Part shown: positions 28,760 to 32,000 of the stretch, piece after piece | Position numbering within the stretch: position 1 is the first letter of the stretch | Layout: each line of letters opens with the position of its first letter | DNA from: Synechocystis sp. PCC 6803 substr. PCC-P | Lineage (GTDB): Bacteria > Cyanobacteriota > Cyanobacteriia > Cyanobacteriales > Microcystaceae | Direction of reading: 5' to 3' | DNA length: 32,000 nt | NCBI RefSeq assembly: GCF_000284455.1 | Contig: NC_017039.1 | Coordinates: forward strand, 2,160,001 to 2,192,000 | Program-made: the position numbers and the translations under genes | The notes under the pieces: model-generated | Seen by the model: only the letters and a program-made list of their open reading frames with translations | Database searches by the model: none | What the model was told of the DNA's origin: nothing

Positions 28760-29887
28760 TTAGCGCCCTAGGGTTAACTCTTCTTTTTTGCCTAAAATGC
28801 CCTGGGGTCGCCACACCATTAACACCATTAAAATTAGCCCGATGACCATAACCCGTAAAGCTCCGGCTTGACTCTGGTCTAAAAAAGCAATTTGGGGTAA
28901 CAAAAACCTGGTTAGGGAATCATAGGCCCAAAAAATAATGGTGCCCAACACCGTGCCCGCATTACTGCCCGCTCCCCCCAGCACCACAATGATCCAAGCG
29001 TTAAAAGTCAGCAACGTGTCAAAATTACTGGGGTAAATACTGGTCAATTGCCAAGCAAACAATGCCCCCGCTAAACCGGCGATCGCCCCGCCACCCATGA
29101 AGGCCTGTAACTTATACCAAAAAACATTTTTGCCCAGGGCCCGGGGAATTTCTTCATCTTCCCGGATGGCTTTGAGAATACGACCCCAGGGGGAATGGAC
29201 CCAAAATTCCAAACCAGCATAGGTAAGGGCCAACAAGGTTAAAGCTAATAACATTAGCCCCGCCTTACCAGAGTAGTTATACAAAGAAACTACCCCAGGC
29301 ACATAGGCAGTTAAAATCAACGCTGTGGTAATAATTCCCCAAATTAGCAAAGCCAAAGGCTTACGGGGCTGATAACTCTTACCTTGGATTTTTTTACCCT
29401 CTTTCCACTGTTTTAAGAGACTTTTAATTAAAATACTTTCAGCATAAATAGTGAGAACTGTGAGCCAAATCACAAAAACAATGCGACTTAATAATGTGGG
29501 GTTAAAATCCATCGGCCAGGGAAAACTTTGTACCCCAAAAGTTCCCTGGGTTAACCACTCTTCGTTGTTGGCTATCAAGCGAATTAACTCGGAAACGCCG
29601 ATGGTAACGATCGCCAGGTAATCTTCCCTTAATCTGAGGGTAGAGGTGCCAATGAGCAAACCCAACGCCATGGCCAATCCCATCCCTACCAACACTGCCA
29701 GGGGAATGGGCAAACCTCGTAAACTCAGCAAGGTGGTCGCGTAGGCCCCCAGGGTCATAAAAGCGACATGGCCAAAATTAATCAACCCGGCAAAGCCCCA
29801 TTGTAAATTCAAGCCCAGGGCAAAAATACCGTAGGTAGCGGCGGAAGTGATCAAAAAAATCAGATAGCCAAAGTTCATAGAATTCAA
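28760..29887 (-). CDS. natC: Branched-chain/neutral amino acid ABC transporter permease, LivM family (sll0146-like)
   Basis: 375 aa; ALGLNLQWGFAGLINFGHVAFMTLGAYATTLL, LREDYLAIVTIGVSELIRL and TFDTLLTFNAWIIVVLGGAGSNAGTVLG are LivM-like. The symbol is recalled, not looked up. Confidence 0.85.
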   Translation of the reverse strand: MNSMNFGYLIFLITSAATYGIFALGLNLQWGFAGLINFGHVAFMTLGAYATTLLSLRGLPIPLAVLVGMGLAMALGLLIGTSTLRLREDYLAIVTIGVSELIRLIANNEEWLTQGTFGVQSFPWPMDFNPTLLSRIVFVIWLTVLTIYAESILIKSLLKQWKEGKKIQGKSYQPRKPLALLIWGIITTALILTAYVPGVVSLYNYSGKAGLMLLALTLLALTYAGLEFWVHSPWGRILKAIREDEEIPRALGKNVFWYKLQAFMGGGAIAGLAGALFAWQLTSIYPSNFDTLLTFNAWIIVVLGGAGSNAGTVLGTIIFWAYDSLTRFLLPQIAFLDQSQAGALRVMVIGLILMVLMVWRPQGILGKKEELTLGR

Positions 29888-29959
29888 GGGAGCAATGATG
29901 TTCGGCCAATGAGTCCAGGGTTTATTTTGACCACTGTTGAAAGTCAGTCTAGCAAAGGA

Positions 29960-31310
<1,351 letters not shown>

Positions 31311-31417
31311 TTAAACACCCCCGGTCTTTCTCCAACGGTCAGCCAGCTATTTCATTTTCATTACCCAATTCCTGCAATCGGATTTAGCGGCGATCGCCCT
31401 AAAAATACCCATGTACC

Positions 31418-31639
31418 CTATGCGGCACTCAACATCTTAATTTTGGCAATTTCTGCTTCCAAACTAGGCAGTTTTTGGTTGTGGGTCTGGGCTGTTTCTA
31501 GCCAGAGATCTTTAACTATCATTAATTCTTCTAGAGTTTCCTCTAGGGTTTCTCCTTGGGCCAAACAGCCACATAACGCAGGAATTTCAGCGACAAAACC
31601 ACCTTCTGCACAGGGATAAATAACAATTGGATAATTCAT
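31418..31639 (-). CDS. hicB: HicB-like antitoxin
   Basis: 73 aa; YPIVIYPCAEGGFVAEIPALCGCLAQGETLEETLEELMIVKDLWLE is the HicB/UPF0150 signature; directly abuts the HicA-like ORF. Confidence 0.85.
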   Translation of the reverse strand: MNYPIVIYPCAEGGFVAEIPALCGCLAQGETLEETLEELMIVKDLWLETAQTHNQKLPSLEAEIAKIKMLSAA

Positions 31640-31867
31640 CTATTTTTTCTCGATAATTTCAAGGATTCGGCGAATATAGATTGACTTGACTTTCTTGTTG
31701 TGGACGGGAATAACCAGAATAATATCATTTTTTTTGAAAATGTGATGACTACCTGTGATTCTTTCAAGATAGAAGCCTTCTAGCTCCAGTAACTTACAGA
31801 CATCACTGAATCTAATGTTGTTAGGACTATTTTTCAGGAGCGCAATGAGTTTTTTTCTTTTAGGCAC
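31640..31867 (-). CDS. hicA: HicA-like toxin (mRNA interferase family)
   Basis: FSDVCKLLELEGFYLERITGSHHIFKKNDIILVIPVHNKKVKSIYIRRILEIIEK contains G-x4-R-x2-GSHHIF and is dsRBD-like. GTG at 31867 gives 75 aa, a typical size; the track start at 31984 adds an atypical leader. Confidence 0.8.
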   Translation of the reverse strand: MPKRKKLIALLKNSPNNIRFSDVCKLLELEGFYLERITGSHHIFKKNDIILVIPVHNKKVKSIYIRRILEIIEKK

Positions 31868-32000
31868 AGTTTCATAACTTATCAATTGTATTCCCCAAAA
31901 TTTTACCAGAGTCTGAAATGTTTGTTGAAGTGACTCTTCTTTGCTGGCAAAACTGATTTGGCAAATATTAATTTCAGGTAACAAAGCAGTAAACTAAGAT

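Overview
The window looks like cyanobacterial chromosome. From memory, gene order and protein sequences match Synechocystis sp. PCC 6803; locus tags below are recalled and were not looked up. Left to right it holds: (1) the 3' part of a giant multidomain surface or secreted protein whose frame is open from the first bases, so the supplied start at 324 is an artefact; (2) a DUF1275-type membrane protein; (3) an AAA-like NTPase with a TM segment and C-terminal WD40 repeats; (4) a compact + strand cluster at ~14.99-21.79 kb (slr0144-slr0152-like) with two V4R proteins, a small protein carrying three DFF-x5-W-x-G motifs, two phycobiliprotein-like proteins (one keeps the bilin-Cys context, one does not), two different 2Fe-2S ferredoxins, a TPR protein and a Ser/Thr kinase; (5) a - strand group with an acidic-stretch cyanobacterial protein, a Tat-like caspase-fold protein lacking the canonical His/Cys dyad, a CruA-type lycopene cyclase, a LivM/NatC-type permease, frr and pyrH; (6) a HicAB-like toxin-antitoxin pair at the right edge. 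The 14.99-21.79 kb cluster is the best candidate for an unusual system. I recall that it is already reported as linked to photosystem II assembly or repair, so it is under-characterised rather than unknown. No tRNA, rRNA, CRISPR array or intact insertion sequence was recognised.
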